A stretch of DNA of 39,422 nucleotides from Promethearchaeota archaeon (GCA_013375475.1 JABXKD010000032.1:1-39422), one strand, 5' to 3'. Positions 1 through 9,858 are shown, counted from the stretch's first letter. A program made the numbers and translations. Notes: generated from the sequence alone by a model not told the origin.

Positions 1-1
1 T

Positions 2-97
2 ACAGGTTTCTGGGCGCTAATTCTATTAGTTGCCGGTGTCGGTTTAGTTGGTGTTGCTACCATTTTAATTAAAAGACGTAAAGATATGAGATTTTAA
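2..97 (+). CDS. 3' end of a membrane-anchored protein (C-terminal TM anchor, PGF/Loki-CTERM-like); 5'-truncated by window edge
   Basis: Frame from nt 2 reads TGFWALILLVAGVGLVGVATILIKRRKDMRF* : a GF motif, ~20 hydrophobic residues, then a basic tail and TAA at 95-97. Confidence 0.7.
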   Translation, partial: TGFWALILLVAGVGLVGVATILIKRRKDMRF

Positions 98-239
98 ATC
101 TCAATTAAATTAATAATTTTTATTTATTTTTATTTTCTAATTTTTCTTAGTTTTTATACCTTTAAGGATAATTTTAAATTCCGCGTCATCAAAGTGATCT
201 TTAACAATCATTTTCGATAATAGTAAAGAAGGATCAGAA

Positions 240-2030
240 ATGCCTACTAAATTAGATGGATCATATCGAATTGACGAGAATAAGCGTTGGTTTCAGACAT
301 GGTGGCCTGAAAACGTACCCTGCAATGCAGATTTCGAAGAAAAATCTTTAAATGAAATGTTAGATGAACAAGTCGAGAAGTATCCAGATCATAACTTAAT
401 TTGGTTTCTCGGTACATGGGTATCCTATAAAATATTTCAAGATTACGTAAAAAGGTTTGCTACAGCATTAGTAGATTTGGGTATTAAAAAGGGCGATGTT
501 GTTGCTATTCATCTACCAAATTGTATTCAATATGTAGTGTCGTATTACGCAATTACGAGGATAGGAGCAATCGCAAGCGGGGTTAATCCAAACTACCAAA
601 CTATGGAGGTACTACATCAATTTGACATTATTAAACCAAAAATGCTGATAGTGTTAGATGCCCTCTATGGACCCTACATAAAGCCAATTATTGAAAATAC
701 GAGTATAGAAAAAGTTGTCCATACTAATCTTGTTGATCTAGCTCAGATGTTTGGTACTAAAAGAATCCTTGGTAAATTCTTGAAAAAAATTCCTACGGGT
801 AAATGCGATTGTGAAGGGGCAGTTAAATTTAAGGATTTAATAAAAACGGAACCTAGAGATTCAGATATAAATGTAAGTATAGATGTAAAAAATGACGCTG
901 CTAGTTATATAATGACAGGAGGATCAACGGGTTTGCCTAAAGCAGCCGTTTTAACGCATTTTAATACGGTATCCAATGCCAAGCAGTGTAAGTTATGGTT
1001 AGGGGGCGAGATGCCCGGTATTGGAAATATTGGAATCCTTCCCTTATTTCATAGCTTTGCTCACACTGTTGTTATGAATACTTCAATAGCCGTTGGAGGT
1101 TGGATGATACTCTTTCCTACACCACCATCTCAAGACGAGTTATGCGAACTAATAGAAAAACTTCCGTGCTCTGAAGGATTAATTTACGCGGGAGCAGAGA
1201 TTTTGTTTATCAAATTAGCCGAATTAAAACACTTGAATAGAAGATATCCCGGAGTAATGGGAAAATTAAAATTATGTATATCGAGCGCGGGACCATTACA
1301 TAAACAGGTTAGAGATGCTTTTGTAGAAAATACGGGCGGAAGAATCGTTGAAGGGTATGGATTGAGTGAAGCGAGTCCCGCGGTAAGTGCAGGTAATTTG
1401 TTTGGAGAAACTCCGGTAGGGGTGATAGGCATGCCTTTTCCGGGAACAGGATGGGGCATTTTTCCTTCAGACGATTTTTCCAAAGGACCTATATGCTTGG
1501 GGAATCCCGAGGATTCTAGTTTTGGAGTCGAAAATTCCGGAGAAATATGTGTTTATGGTCCTCAAATAATGAAATGTTATCTAGATCAATCAGAAGAGAC
1601 AGCTAATACGTTGCTTCAATATGATGGGAAAACTTGGCTTTTAACGGGGGATATCGGATTTATGAACGAAGATGGTACAATCGAAATTAGAGATCGTAAA
1701 AAACAACTCATAAAATTTAAGGGATACTCGGTTTTTCCTAAAGAAGTCGAAGAACTTCTAATGAAACATCCTAATATCTTAGAAGTAGCTGTTTCTGGGT
1801 TACCTAACGATGAATTTGGCGAAGTGATAAAAGCTTGGGTTTCAATAAGAGAAGATTCTGATTTATCTCCACGCTCGATTAAAGAATGGGCTTTAGAGAA
1901 TATGGCTCATTATAAAGTTCCACAACACATAGCTATAGTTGGAGACTTACCAAAAAATATTATTGGGAAAGTTCAAAGAAGAGCTCTTCAGATAAATGAT
2001 CCAATCTGGAAAGAAAAATATGGAGAATAA
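240..2030 (+). CDS. Long-chain acyl-CoA synthetase / AMP-binding enzyme (paralog 1)
   Basis: YIMTGGSTGLPK P-loop, EGYGLSE, TGDIG, RKKQLIK and C-terminal PKNIIGKV adenylate-forming enzyme motifs. Confidence 0.9.
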   Translation: MPTKLDGSYRIDENKRWFQTWWPENVPCNADFEEKSLNEMLDEQVEKYPDHNLIWFLGTWVSYKIFQDYVKRFATALVDLGIKKGDVVAIHLPNCIQYVVSYYAITRIGAIASGVNPNYQTMEVLHQFDIIKPKMLIVLDALYGPYIKPIIENTSIEKVVHTNLVDLAQMFGTKRILGKFLKKIPTGKCDCEGAVKFKDLIKTEPRDSDINVSIDVKNDAASYIMTGGSTGLPKAAVLTHFNTVSNAKQCKLWLGGEMPGIGNIGILPLFHSFAHTVVMNTSIAVGGWMILFPTPPSQDELCELIEKLPCSEGLIYAGAEILFIKLAELKHLNRRYPGVMGKLKLCISSAGPLHKQVRDAFVENTGGRIVEGYGLSEASPAVSAGNLFGETPVGVIGMPFPGTGWGIFPSDDFSKGPICLGNPEDSSFGVENSGEICVYGPQIMKCYLDQSEETANTLLQYDGKTWLLTGDIGFMNEDGTIEIRDRKKQLIKFKGYSVFPKEVEELLMKHPNILEVAVSGLPNDEFGEVIKAWVSIREDSDLSPRSIKEWALENMAHYKVPQHIAIVGDLPKNIIGKVQRRALQINDPIWKEKYGE

Positions 2031-2228
2031 ATACTAACTTTAGTCAAGTTTTCTAGAGTTTTTACTTTTTTGTTTTTAATCATCATTTATCGCTGAATTT
2101 AAAAGTTGCAGCCACACATATGATTTTATACAACAGATTGCTTTTTAATTTCTATAATAACGAATATAATATATTATGATGCATTAAAACATTTAGAACA
2201 ATTTATATAACAACGAGAGTGAGAAAAA

Positions 2229-4058
2229 ATACCTATTATAAAAGAAGATACTTACCAAATAAATGAAAATAAAATATGGTTTCAGAAATGGTGGCCGGAA
2301 GGGGTCCCAAAAAATGTTACATTTGAAGATAAAACCGTGAATCAATTATTAGATGCTCAAGTTGAAAAATATGCCGATCGGAATTTTATCTGGTTCTTAG
2401 AGACGTGGGTAACTTATCGTGAATTCCACGATTATGTTTTAAGCCTTGCAACAGCTCTCCACGACTTAGGAGTTAAAAAAGGCGACGTTGTAGCTATGCT
2501 TATGGGTAATTGTATTCAATATGTAGTTTCTTATTTTGCAATAACAAGGATAGGAGCAATCACATCGGGTATCAATCCAACTTATAAACCCTTAGAGATA
2601 TTGCACCAATTAGACGTAACTAACGCTAAATACTTAATTGCTTGGGATGCTTTCTTTGATGAAAAAAGTAAGTCAAGGATAAAGAAAAATTTACCCTATA
2701 TAGGAGAAATTCTTGGTAAAAGTTCCGTTGAAAAAGTTATATATACTAATCTTGCTGATTTAGCGCACGGTTTAGGCATTAAGCGAACATTAGGGAAGAA
2801 AATAGGAAAGATTCCTACGGGAAAAGTAAACCTCCCTGGCGCGGTTAATTTTATGGATTTATTAGATACAAAACCAAACGTTCCGGAAGTTAACATCGAT
2901 GTTAAAACGCATCCAGTTACATATATTATGACTGGTGGAACAACGGGATTGCCTAAAGCGGCCGTATTGACTCATTTTAATGCGGTTTCTAATGCGGAAC
3001 AATCCAAATATTGGCTTGGTGGTGAGAAACCAGGAATAGGAAACCTTGGGGTACTCCCATTTTTTCACAGTTTTGCCCATACAATAGTTATGAATGCAAC
3101 TATAGCTTTTGGAGGATGGATAATGATGTTTCCAACACCTCCACAAACTGAGGAATTACTAGAACACATTGAAGAGTTACCTGCCCCTGAAGGTTTAGTG
3201 TATGCGGGAGCTGAAATCTTATTTAAACGATTAGCAGATTTTCCAGACATAAAAGGAAAATATCCTGGAGTTATGGGTAAATTAAAATTATGTGCGTCAG
3301 GAGCTGGACCTCTACATCGCCCGGTGCGAGATGCTTTTGTAAAAAACACAGGAGGTAATATTGTAGAAGGATATGGATTAACAGAAACTTCGCCACTTGT
3401 TAGCGCGGGCAATCTCTTTAGTGAAAGTCCAATTGGAGTTATTGGATTACCTGTACCTGGTACAGAATGGGGAATTTGGCCCACTGATAATTTTGATGAT
3501 GGACCTATTTGCTTAGGAAACCCAGACGACACTAATTTTGGAGAAGAACATACAGGTGAAATTTGTGTTCATGGTCCTCAGGTTATGTACGAATATCTCA
3601 ATCAGCCTGAAGAAACGAGCGATACAATTAAAAACTACGAGGGCAAATTATGGCTATTAACTGGAGATATAGGTTTTATGAATGAAGATGGCACTATTGA
3701 GATAAGGGATCGTAAAAAACAGTTAATTAAAGTGGCAGGGCATTCAGTTTTTCCAAAAGAAGTTGAATCGATGTTAATGAAGCATGAAGCCGTTTCAGAG
3801 GCCGCTGTTTCTGGATTACCAGATCCTGCTGGAAAAGTTGGAGAAATAACAAAAGCGTGGGTTGAATTAAAGCCCGAATACATTGGAAAAATCACTGAAG
3901 AGGAATTAATAGCGTGGATTCAAGAAAATTTAACGAAATGGAAGTGTCCATCAATGATCGAGTTCATTCAAGAGGTTCCAAAAAATATTCTTGGAAAAGT
4001 TCAACGTAGAATACTTCAAATTAACGATCCTATTTGGAAAGAAAAATATAGTAAATAA
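2229..4058 (+). CDS. Long-chain acyl-CoA synthetase (paralog 2); start extended from ORF-track GTG 2337 to ATA 2229
   Basis: Same motifs (YIMTGGTTGLPK, EGYGLTE, TGDIG). The 36 codons upstream of 2337 align without gaps to residues 1-36 of paralog 1. In-frame TGA at 2220-2222 bounds the ORF. Confidence 0.88.
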   Translation: MPIIKEDTYQINENKIWFQKWWPEGVPKNVTFEDKTVNQLLDAQVEKYADRNFIWFLETWVTYREFHDYVLSLATALHDLGVKKGDVVAMLMGNCIQYVVSYFAITRIGAITSGINPTYKPLEILHQLDVTNAKYLIAWDAFFDEKSKSRIKKNLPYIGEILGKSSVEKVIYTNLADLAHGLGIKRTLGKKIGKIPTGKVNLPGAVNFMDLLDTKPNVPEVNIDVKTHPVTYIMTGGTTGLPKAAVLTHFNAVSNAEQSKYWLGGEKPGIGNLGVLPFFHSFAHTIVMNATIAFGGWIMMFPTPPQTEELLEHIEELPAPEGLVYAGAEILFKRLADFPDIKGKYPGVMGKLKLCASGAGPLHRPVRDAFVKNTGGNIVEGYGLTETSPLVSAGNLFSESPIGVIGLPVPGTEWGIWPTDNFDDGPICLGNPDDTNFGEEHTGEICVHGPQVMYEYLNQPEETSDTIKNYEGKLWLLTGDIGFMNEDGTIEIRDRKKQLIKVAGHSVFPKEVESMLMKHEAVSEAAVSGLPDPAGKVGEITKAWVELKPEYIGKITEEELIAWIQENLTKWKCPSMIEFIQEVPKNILGKVQRRILQINDPIWKEKYSK

Positions 4059-4263
4059 GAACTTACCTATATATCTCTAACATCAATATTCTTTTTTCTT
4101 TTCTTCATTTTTCATTTTATAATAAAGCCTTGTTGAATAATTTTAATTTATTTAAATATTGTAGTAGTTTAATTAAACATGTTCAAAATTCTATTTGATT
4201 AGAATATAAATTATTAAAAATATACATTTTTTTTATTAAAGTAATAATATTCAATTTTGAGGA

Positions 4264-5142
4264 TTGTTAGAAATTACTGAATTAACTATCTACATTTTGG
4301 AAAAAGTTATCCACGAAGTAGCACCGGAACTTTTAAATGTCTACAATATTAGAGAAGACGAGTCGGAAGAACAGCAAATTAAAACTGGACAACTCCACGA
4401 AAATCGAATTTTAGGTATAATGCTAAAGTTCTATCTTGAAGGAAAAAAAAAGGTAACTACGAGAGAAGTAGAATTAGAATATAAAAAATTTTATAAAGAT
4501 ATTGCTCGCTCTACTGTTTCGACTTACTTAAACATTTTGAAAAAGGAAGGAACTTTATCTAAAGAAAGAAATGGAAGATTAGTTTATTACATCTTTTCTG
4601 AGAAGCCTCCTGAAGATATTAGTTCATTTTGGTTCACTAGATTGTTTTGTGTTGATCCTGCCTATTTTTATAGAGCAATATATTTTTCGAGCTTATACTC
4701 AATTGCAGACATCATAATTAGAAAACACTTGAAAAAGGGAAATTTCGATGAAACTGTCGAATGTTTTAGATATTTAACGGGAATAATTATTTTGTTCATT
4801 CTTAAAAATCGAAGCTCAAAATGTATTTTATGTCAGTTTGGTAAACAAGAAAGATATTTAGATCTTTTAGAGGAAATAAATTCTGCAATTAAGGATAGAA
4901 CGGATGTGTTGCCAAGCGAACTTCAAGATCTTTTATTAGAAAAGTACGCTGAAATCCCAAATTTCGGAGGATATCATTTTGAAGATAATAATAAAGAGAT
5001 CGAAATGATTGAAGAATTGACAAGATTAGCAAATCAATACAAAAAGGATATGGAATATCAAACAATGGTTCTAAATCGGAGAATTAATACACGTGTATCA
5101 GAAAAAGTGAAGGAAGATAATAAACAGATAAGTTCATTCTGA
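4264..5142 (+). CDS. Winged-helix DNA-binding protein with uncharacterised C-terminal domain (putative transcription regulator)
   Basis: VTTREV...IARSTVSTYLNILKKEGTLSKERNGRLVYY is a typical wHTH recognition helix plus wing; CxxC (CILC) further downstream. Confidence 0.7.
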   Translation: MLEITELTIYILEKVIHEVAPELLNVYNIREDESEEQQIKTGQLHENRILGIMLKFYLEGKKKVTTREVELEYKKFYKDIARSTVSTYLNILKKEGTLSKERNGRLVYYIFSEKPPEDISSFWFTRLFCVDPAYFYRAIYFSSLYSIADIIIRKHLKKGNFDETVECFRYLTGIIILFILKNRSSKCILCQFGKQERYLDLLEEINSAIKDRTDVLPSELQDLLLEKYAEIPNFGGYHFEDNNKEIEMIEELTRLANQYKKDMEYQTMVLNRRINTRVSEKVKEDNKQISSF

Positions 5143-5208
5143 AGAAATAACGATATAACAATCTCAGCATAAAAGCTTTTAAAAATTAGGCTTAAATCTG
5201 TAGGGAGC

Positions 5209-5733
5209 CTATTTGGAATCATCAAGCATTAGTTTTGTTAAAGCCTCAAAAGTCTTCTCGACATTTTCTCCAGTTTTAGAGCTTGTTTCAATGAAACCGT
5301 TAACATTTCTTGACTTTGCAATTTTTATTCCATCTGCTGAAGATACTTCTCTATTCTCTACCAAATCTGCTTTACCACCAGCCACAATTATAGGAAATAT
5401 ATCATCTGCCCTAATTTCTTTCCTAATAACACTTAACCAATCATCTATGTGAGCAATCGATGAGTAGTTTGTGATATCGTATAAAAATAACCCCCCCCGA
5501 GCACCTCTAACATAAGTAGGTAATAAAAACCGGAATCTTTCTTCTCCCCCAAAATCCCATATCTGTAGCTTTACTTTCTTTCCGTCAACATTAAGGCTTT
5601 TAACTTCAAAATCTACTCCGATAGTCATAGTTTGGTCCGATACAAATAAATTTGTTAAGAAACGTTGAGTAAGAGTTGTTTTTCCACAACCCGCATCTCC
5701 AAAAATTATAATTTTAAATGTGGCGTCGTACAT
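5209..5733 (-). CDS. Rab-like small GTPase (divergent G3/G4)
   Basis: G1 GDAGCGKT, TIGVDF, KLQIWDFGGEERF, G4 GKAD, G5 ETSSK. Confidence 0.92.
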   Translation of the reverse strand: MYDATFKIIIFGDAGCGKTTLTQRFLTNLFVSDQTMTIGVDFEVKSLNVDGKKVKLQIWDFGGEERFRFLLPTYVRGARGGLFLYDITNYSSIAHIDDWLSVIRKEIRADDIFPIIVAGGKADLVENREVSSADGIKIAKSRNVNGFIETSSKTGENVEKTFEALTKLMLDDSK

Positions 5734-5995
5734 TTTCGCTTAATATTCCTCCAAGCATGAATTTAAATCTTCTATATTTTGTCTACTTTAATAAATTAAT
5801 GGGTTAAATATGTATTTTAATTTGATTTCAATTATAAATAATCGTTTTAGTATTTATAAATGTTTAAATAAATGTATTATTAAAAATTCTAATAATCTTT
5901 ATAATTTAACTAAAAGAATTGTTTTAAAAAATTATCGAATTTCTATTATTGAATTCTTCGTTTTACTTACTAAATATTACTAGTCTTGGTAGAAT

Positions 5996-7297
5996 ATGAA
6001 TAATAATTTTGATTGGTCGAAATATCTTAAAATAGAGTCGGACAAGGTTAAGGCTTTAACATTAGCGTTTGATGCCAAGATTATCTTTGCTATGGGATTA
6101 ATGTTAGTAAGAGGTAAAAGAGGATTTAGAAAATTAGATTATGAATATGCTGAAAAAGAACTGAATGCAAAAGAAATCATGGATAAATTGGAAGAATGCC
6201 ATTTTAATGTCTTAGGGCTTGTTATTAAAGATACTGACGGAGCCTGTATGTGGGATACGGAATTTGGGTGGAATCCAATCGATAGAGATATTTTAGGGGA
6301 ATTCTGTGATGCGGGTAAAGATAGAAATATAAAGATTATGGCTTCGTTCACTAGTATGAACGATGCTTATCAAGGTGTTATTCACCCTGAGCGCGTTAGT
6401 ATACACGGTACAACGGGTAAAAAGTCCGGAATTCACTATAAGAAGGGAGATATATCGACACATGATGAAGGTGAAATGAGAATTGACTTACCTAAAGGTA
6501 TGTTATTTAATGATTACAAAAAAAAAATTCCCTTTCTTACTGAAAAGATTGACGAAAAGAAGGGAAAATCAAGGGGTGCTAGGGGAAAAGGATATATCCC
6601 TACTACTAGTTTTATGTGTCCTAATAGTAAGCATGTTGATTATCTTCTAGACCTAACAAAAGAAGTCGTAAAAAACTATCCCGTGAGTGGTTTCTTCGCT
6701 GATTACATTAGATATGATGGAGCTTTTACCGATTTATGCTGTTGTGATAGATGTAGAGAGATATTTAGTAAAAATTTTGGAAAAAAAGCTAGGATATTAA
6801 AAAGCGATGAATGGTACGATTTCAAGTCAAATACTATAACAAAATACGCCCAAAAGCTTCAAAGCGTTATCAAGAAGACAAATCAAAAATGTACTTCAGG
6901 GTGGTTTTGTCTTCCCGGTCCAAAGAACATGTTTTCTCTAAAAAGATTAGGACAAGATTGGACAAAATTATCTTCAATTTTAGATGTTGCTTCCCCTATG
7001 GAATACCCGTATTTAATGGGAACGCGAGATGATGGGTGGTATTGGAGGAAAGTAGGCGATCTTTTTTATTGGTATTTTATGAGGAATATGAAGAGAAGAA
7101 TTCACGAATTTCAAAGTCCAGTTTTAGCTGTAACAAATTCTGTCGAGTGTAATTCAGAGGAAATGCTTAAACAGATGAGGGGGTTCAATTTTGGTATGGG
7201 TATCGCGGTTTTTAAATATTATGGAACTACTGATGCTCAATGGATTGCATTAAAAGAATACGCAGAAAACGAAATCGGTTTAGAAAATTTGAAATAG
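5996..7297 (+). CDS. Putative glycoside-hydrolase-like TIM-barrel protein (GHL10/DUF187-like)
   Basis: KDTDG..W, DILGEFCDAG, CPNS..V.YLLDLTKEVVKNYPVSGFFADYIRY, CCCDRC, GQDW, SPMEYP resemble GH-like 10/GH42-like barrels. Confidence 0.55.
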   Translation: MNNNFDWSKYLKIESDKVKALTLAFDAKIIFAMGLMLVRGKRGFRKLDYEYAEKELNAKEIMDKLEECHFNVLGLVIKDTDGACMWDTEFGWNPIDRDILGEFCDAGKDRNIKIMASFTSMNDAYQGVIHPERVSIHGTTGKKSGIHYKKGDISTHDEGEMRIDLPKGMLFNDYKKKIPFLTEKIDEKKGKSRGARGKGYIPTTSFMCPNSKHVDYLLDLTKEVVKNYPVSGFFADYIRYDGAFTDLCCCDRCREIFSKNFGKKARILKSDEWYDFKSNTITKYAQKLQSVIKKTNQKCTSGWFCLPGPKNMFSLKRLGQDWTKLSSILDVASPMEYPYLMGTRDDGWYWRKVGDLFYWYFMRNMKRRIHEFQSPVLAVTNSVECNSEEMLKQMRGFNFGMGIAVFKYYGTTDAQWIALKEYAENEIGLENLK

Positions 7298-7299
7298 AA

Positions 7300-7872
7300 T
7301 TAGGGCAAATTAACCAATTCGTTGTATCGAAAGCAATCAATCGTGTGATCGTTTACAATCCCAATCGCTTGTAAATAGGCATAAATTATAGTCGTACCAA
7401 TAAACTTGAAGCCCCTTTTTTTCATCTCTTTGCTAATTTTATTGGAAAGTTCCGTATTTGGAGGTAATTCTTCAAGCTTTTTCCACGAGTTATGATTTGT
7501 TTTATTGTCAACAAAACCCCAAATGTAATTATTAAAAGAACCGAACTCTTCTTGAACCTTAATAAAAGCTTTAGCATTAGTGATTACAGATTGAATTTTT
7601 AATCTATTTCGAATAATACCCTCGTTCTGCATCAATTCCTCTATTTTATTTTCACGATACTTTACGATTTTATTGTAATCAAAATTATCAAGAGCTTTCC
7701 TAAAGTTAGCTCGTTTTTTAAGTACCGTACTCCAACTTAAACCAGCCTGCATACCTTCCAAAATTAAAAGCTCGTAGAGTGCTTTATCATCATGTTGTGG
7801 CGATCCCCATTCTTTATCGTGATATTCCTTCATCAGTTCATCGTAAACTGCCCACTTGCATCTATTCACCAT
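7300..7872 (-). CDS. tag: DNA-3-methyladenine glycosylase I
   Basis: RCKWA, YHDKEWG, LEGMQAGLSW, IIRNRLKI, GFKFIG, VNDHTIDCF. ATG at 7872 preceded by GGAGA+6 nt is preferred over the TTG at 7896. Confidence 0.95.
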   Translation of the reverse strand: MVNRCKWAVYDELMKEYHDKEWGSPQHDDKALYELLILEGMQAGLSWSTVLKKRANFRKALDNFDYNKIVKYRENKIEELMQNEGIIRNRLKIQSVITNAKAFIKVQEEFGSFNNYIWGFVDNKTNHNSWKKLEELPPNTELSNKISKEMKKRGFKFIGTTIIYAYLQAIGIVNDHTIDCFRYNELVNLP

Positions 7873-7908
7873 GATTCTTCTCCAAGTTGCTTTCAAGAGT
7901 TTAATTTT

Positions 7909-8277
7909 TTATTCAATTGAAACAGTTACAGCCGCGTTACATACGATTATTTTATCAGAAGTGTCTCCTAATTCTTTAATCATGATCCCTTCAGCAACTA
8001 ATCCTCCTTTTTCTATCTCAATTGATTTAATACCAAATGGGATAGCTTTTAACACTTTTTCTTCTTTAATATTTTTGGGATAAGGCGCTCCAATTTTTAC
8101 ATGAACCATCATTCTATTAAGATCTTTGGGTTCTTTTAAACCGCAAATCTCTAATAGACCAGTCAAACAGTTATTTGATATCGCGTTTTTTATTGCTTTT
8201 ATCGCAGCATTAGTACAATCATCATTATGCCCATGTTGATCTACGCCAGACCCTATCTGCACTATAAACCTGCTCAT
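7909..8277 (-). CDS. Lin0512 family protein
   Basis: GSGVDQHG..D.TNAAIKAIKNAI, IPFG, GGL, NAAVTV signature. Confidence 0.8.
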   Translation of the reverse strand: MSRFIVQIGSGVDQHGHNDDCTNAAIKAIKNAISNNCLTGLLEICGLKEPKDLNRMMVHVKIGAPYPKNIKEEKVLKAIPFGIKSIEIEKGGLVAEGIMIKELGDTSDKIIVCNAAVTVSIE

Positions 8278-8295
8278 AGTTTAATAGCACTTCTT

Positions 8296-8589
8296 TTAAT
8301 CTAAATCTTCTACTAATTTAAGAAATTCGGGGTATTTAATTGCAGTCCAACTTTCTACAAAAGCAGCTCCTGCAGTACGGGAAAGTAAAGAAACTTTTGC
8401 AGCTTCGTGTTCGTTTTCTGCTTCAAAAATATCTATAAAATCATATGGTCCTAGTATTGCGTAATGTGCAATCCATGAAACATTTGGAACTTTATCCTTA
8501 ACTAATCTTAAAAATTCTTCGCCGTGTTGTTTTCGATTTTTTACTAAATTCGGATTTTGAAGTTTAGTTGCTAGAATAAATATCGGCAT
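8296..8589 (-). CDS. GYD domain protein
   Basis: YAILGPYDFIDIFEA motif; ~97 aa. Confidence 0.85.
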   Translation of the reverse strand: MPIFILATKLQNPNLVKNRKQHGEEFLRLVKDKVPNVSWIAHYAILGPYDFIDIFEAENEHEAAKVSLLSRTAGAAFVESWTAIKYPEFLKLVEDLD

Positions 8590-8723
8590 AGAGAAAATTA
8601 TAATACTTTCACTTATAAATTTCTTCTTAAAATTTTATATTTCATGCTTTAAAATAATATTTAATAGCCTAAACTCTTTTTAAGAAATAGCAAAAAGGAA
8701 ATTAGAAGAGAACGTGGATTGAG

Positions 8724-9833
8724 ATGCAAATCAAAAAAAACATGCCTTACGAGATCGACGAGAATTCCTACAGTCGCTTTGAGCAAAAGAATAACATGCT
8801 TTATAGGAGATTATGGGATAAATCTCTACCTACTTATGGGAAGATGTTCGAGTACAATATAGACACTCATATTAGTTTGGGTGAAGATGGATACTCTAGG
8901 ATTGATTTTGCGTTAGTCGCAGCAGGATGGACTGTTTATGAGAATTTTCCTTTCGCTTTCAGTTGGCATCGAGAGGAATTAATGGACATAGGATACGGGG
9001 TAGACTGGATGAGAGAAAAATATCCCGTTAAAGATTTAAAAACATTTACCGAAAAAACAAAAAAAGCAGCCAAATTTTACGGAGCTTCACTCGTAGGGAT
9101 CGCTGATGTTGATGAAAAATGGATTTATAAAACAGGATTTGTAAGGCCAGCATCAACCAGCGAAGCAGATTCAAAAGAAGCAATTAGAAAAGGTAACGCA
9201 TCTAATTCTATTTTAGAAACCCCGGTTAATTTACCCGAGGGAATCGATAAAGTAATTGTTATGGCTATTGAAATGGACGAAATAGCCATTTCTACTGCCC
9301 CTGCTCAACCTGCTTCCGCTGCAGCAGCCTTAGGTTATTCAAAAATGGCTTTTACAATCGCCTGTTTAGGAGAATTTATAAGAAATTTAGGATATCGAGC
9401 GATTCAATGTGGTAACGATACTGCACTTAGTATTCCGTTGGCAATTGATGCCGGTTTGGGGGCATTAGGGAGAAATGGATTGTTGCTCACACCAGAATAT
9501 GGTCCAAGAGTTAGAATATGTAAAGTTTTTACTGACTTGCCATTAATAGCTGATGATATAAACCTAAGGTTTATCAAAAAAGTTGAAAAATTCTGTAAGA
9601 CATGCTATAAATGCGCTGAGGCTTGTGAAACAGACGCAATAACTAAAGAAATAGACCCTACTTTTGAACCAGCTACAATTTCTAACAATTCATGTGTAAA
9701 AAAATACTATGTTGATGTAGAAAGATGCTTTGAATATTGGATCGAAAATTCAGGTGATTGCGGGAATTGTATTGCTGTTTGTCCTTTCTCCAAAATTAAA
9801 AGTATCAGTACTCCTTCTGAATTTTGGAAATAA
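8724..9833 (+). CDS. Reductive dehalogenase-like cobalamin/2x[4Fe-4S] protein (RdhA/QueG superfamily)
   Basis: FEQKNNM, AAKFYGASLVGIA, PLAIDAGLGALGRNG..TPEYGPRVR, FCKTCYKCAEAC, CFEYW...DCGNCIAVCPF. Confidence 0.82.
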   Translation: MQIKKNMPYEIDENSYSRFEQKNNMLYRRLWDKSLPTYGKMFEYNIDTHISLGEDGYSRIDFALVAAGWTVYENFPFAFSWHREELMDIGYGVDWMREKYPVKDLKTFTEKTKKAAKFYGASLVGIADVDEKWIYKTGFVRPASTSEADSKEAIRKGNASNSILETPVNLPEGIDKVIVMAIEMDEIAISTAPAQPASAAAALGYSKMAFTIACLGEFIRNLGYRAIQCGNDTALSIPLAIDAGLGALGRNGLLLTPEYGPRVRICKVFTDLPLIADDINLRFIKKVEKFCKTCYKCAEACETDAITKEIDPTFEPATISNNSCVKKYYVDVERCFEYWIENSGDCGNCIAVCPFSKIKSISTPSEFWK

Positions 9834-9858
9834 AATCAAGCTATAATTATAAATTCGA

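Noticed and set aside
4173-4186. Near-palindrome TTAAACATGTTCAA upstream of the wHTH gene
   Set aside because: One mismatched pair and very AT-rich context; expected by chance
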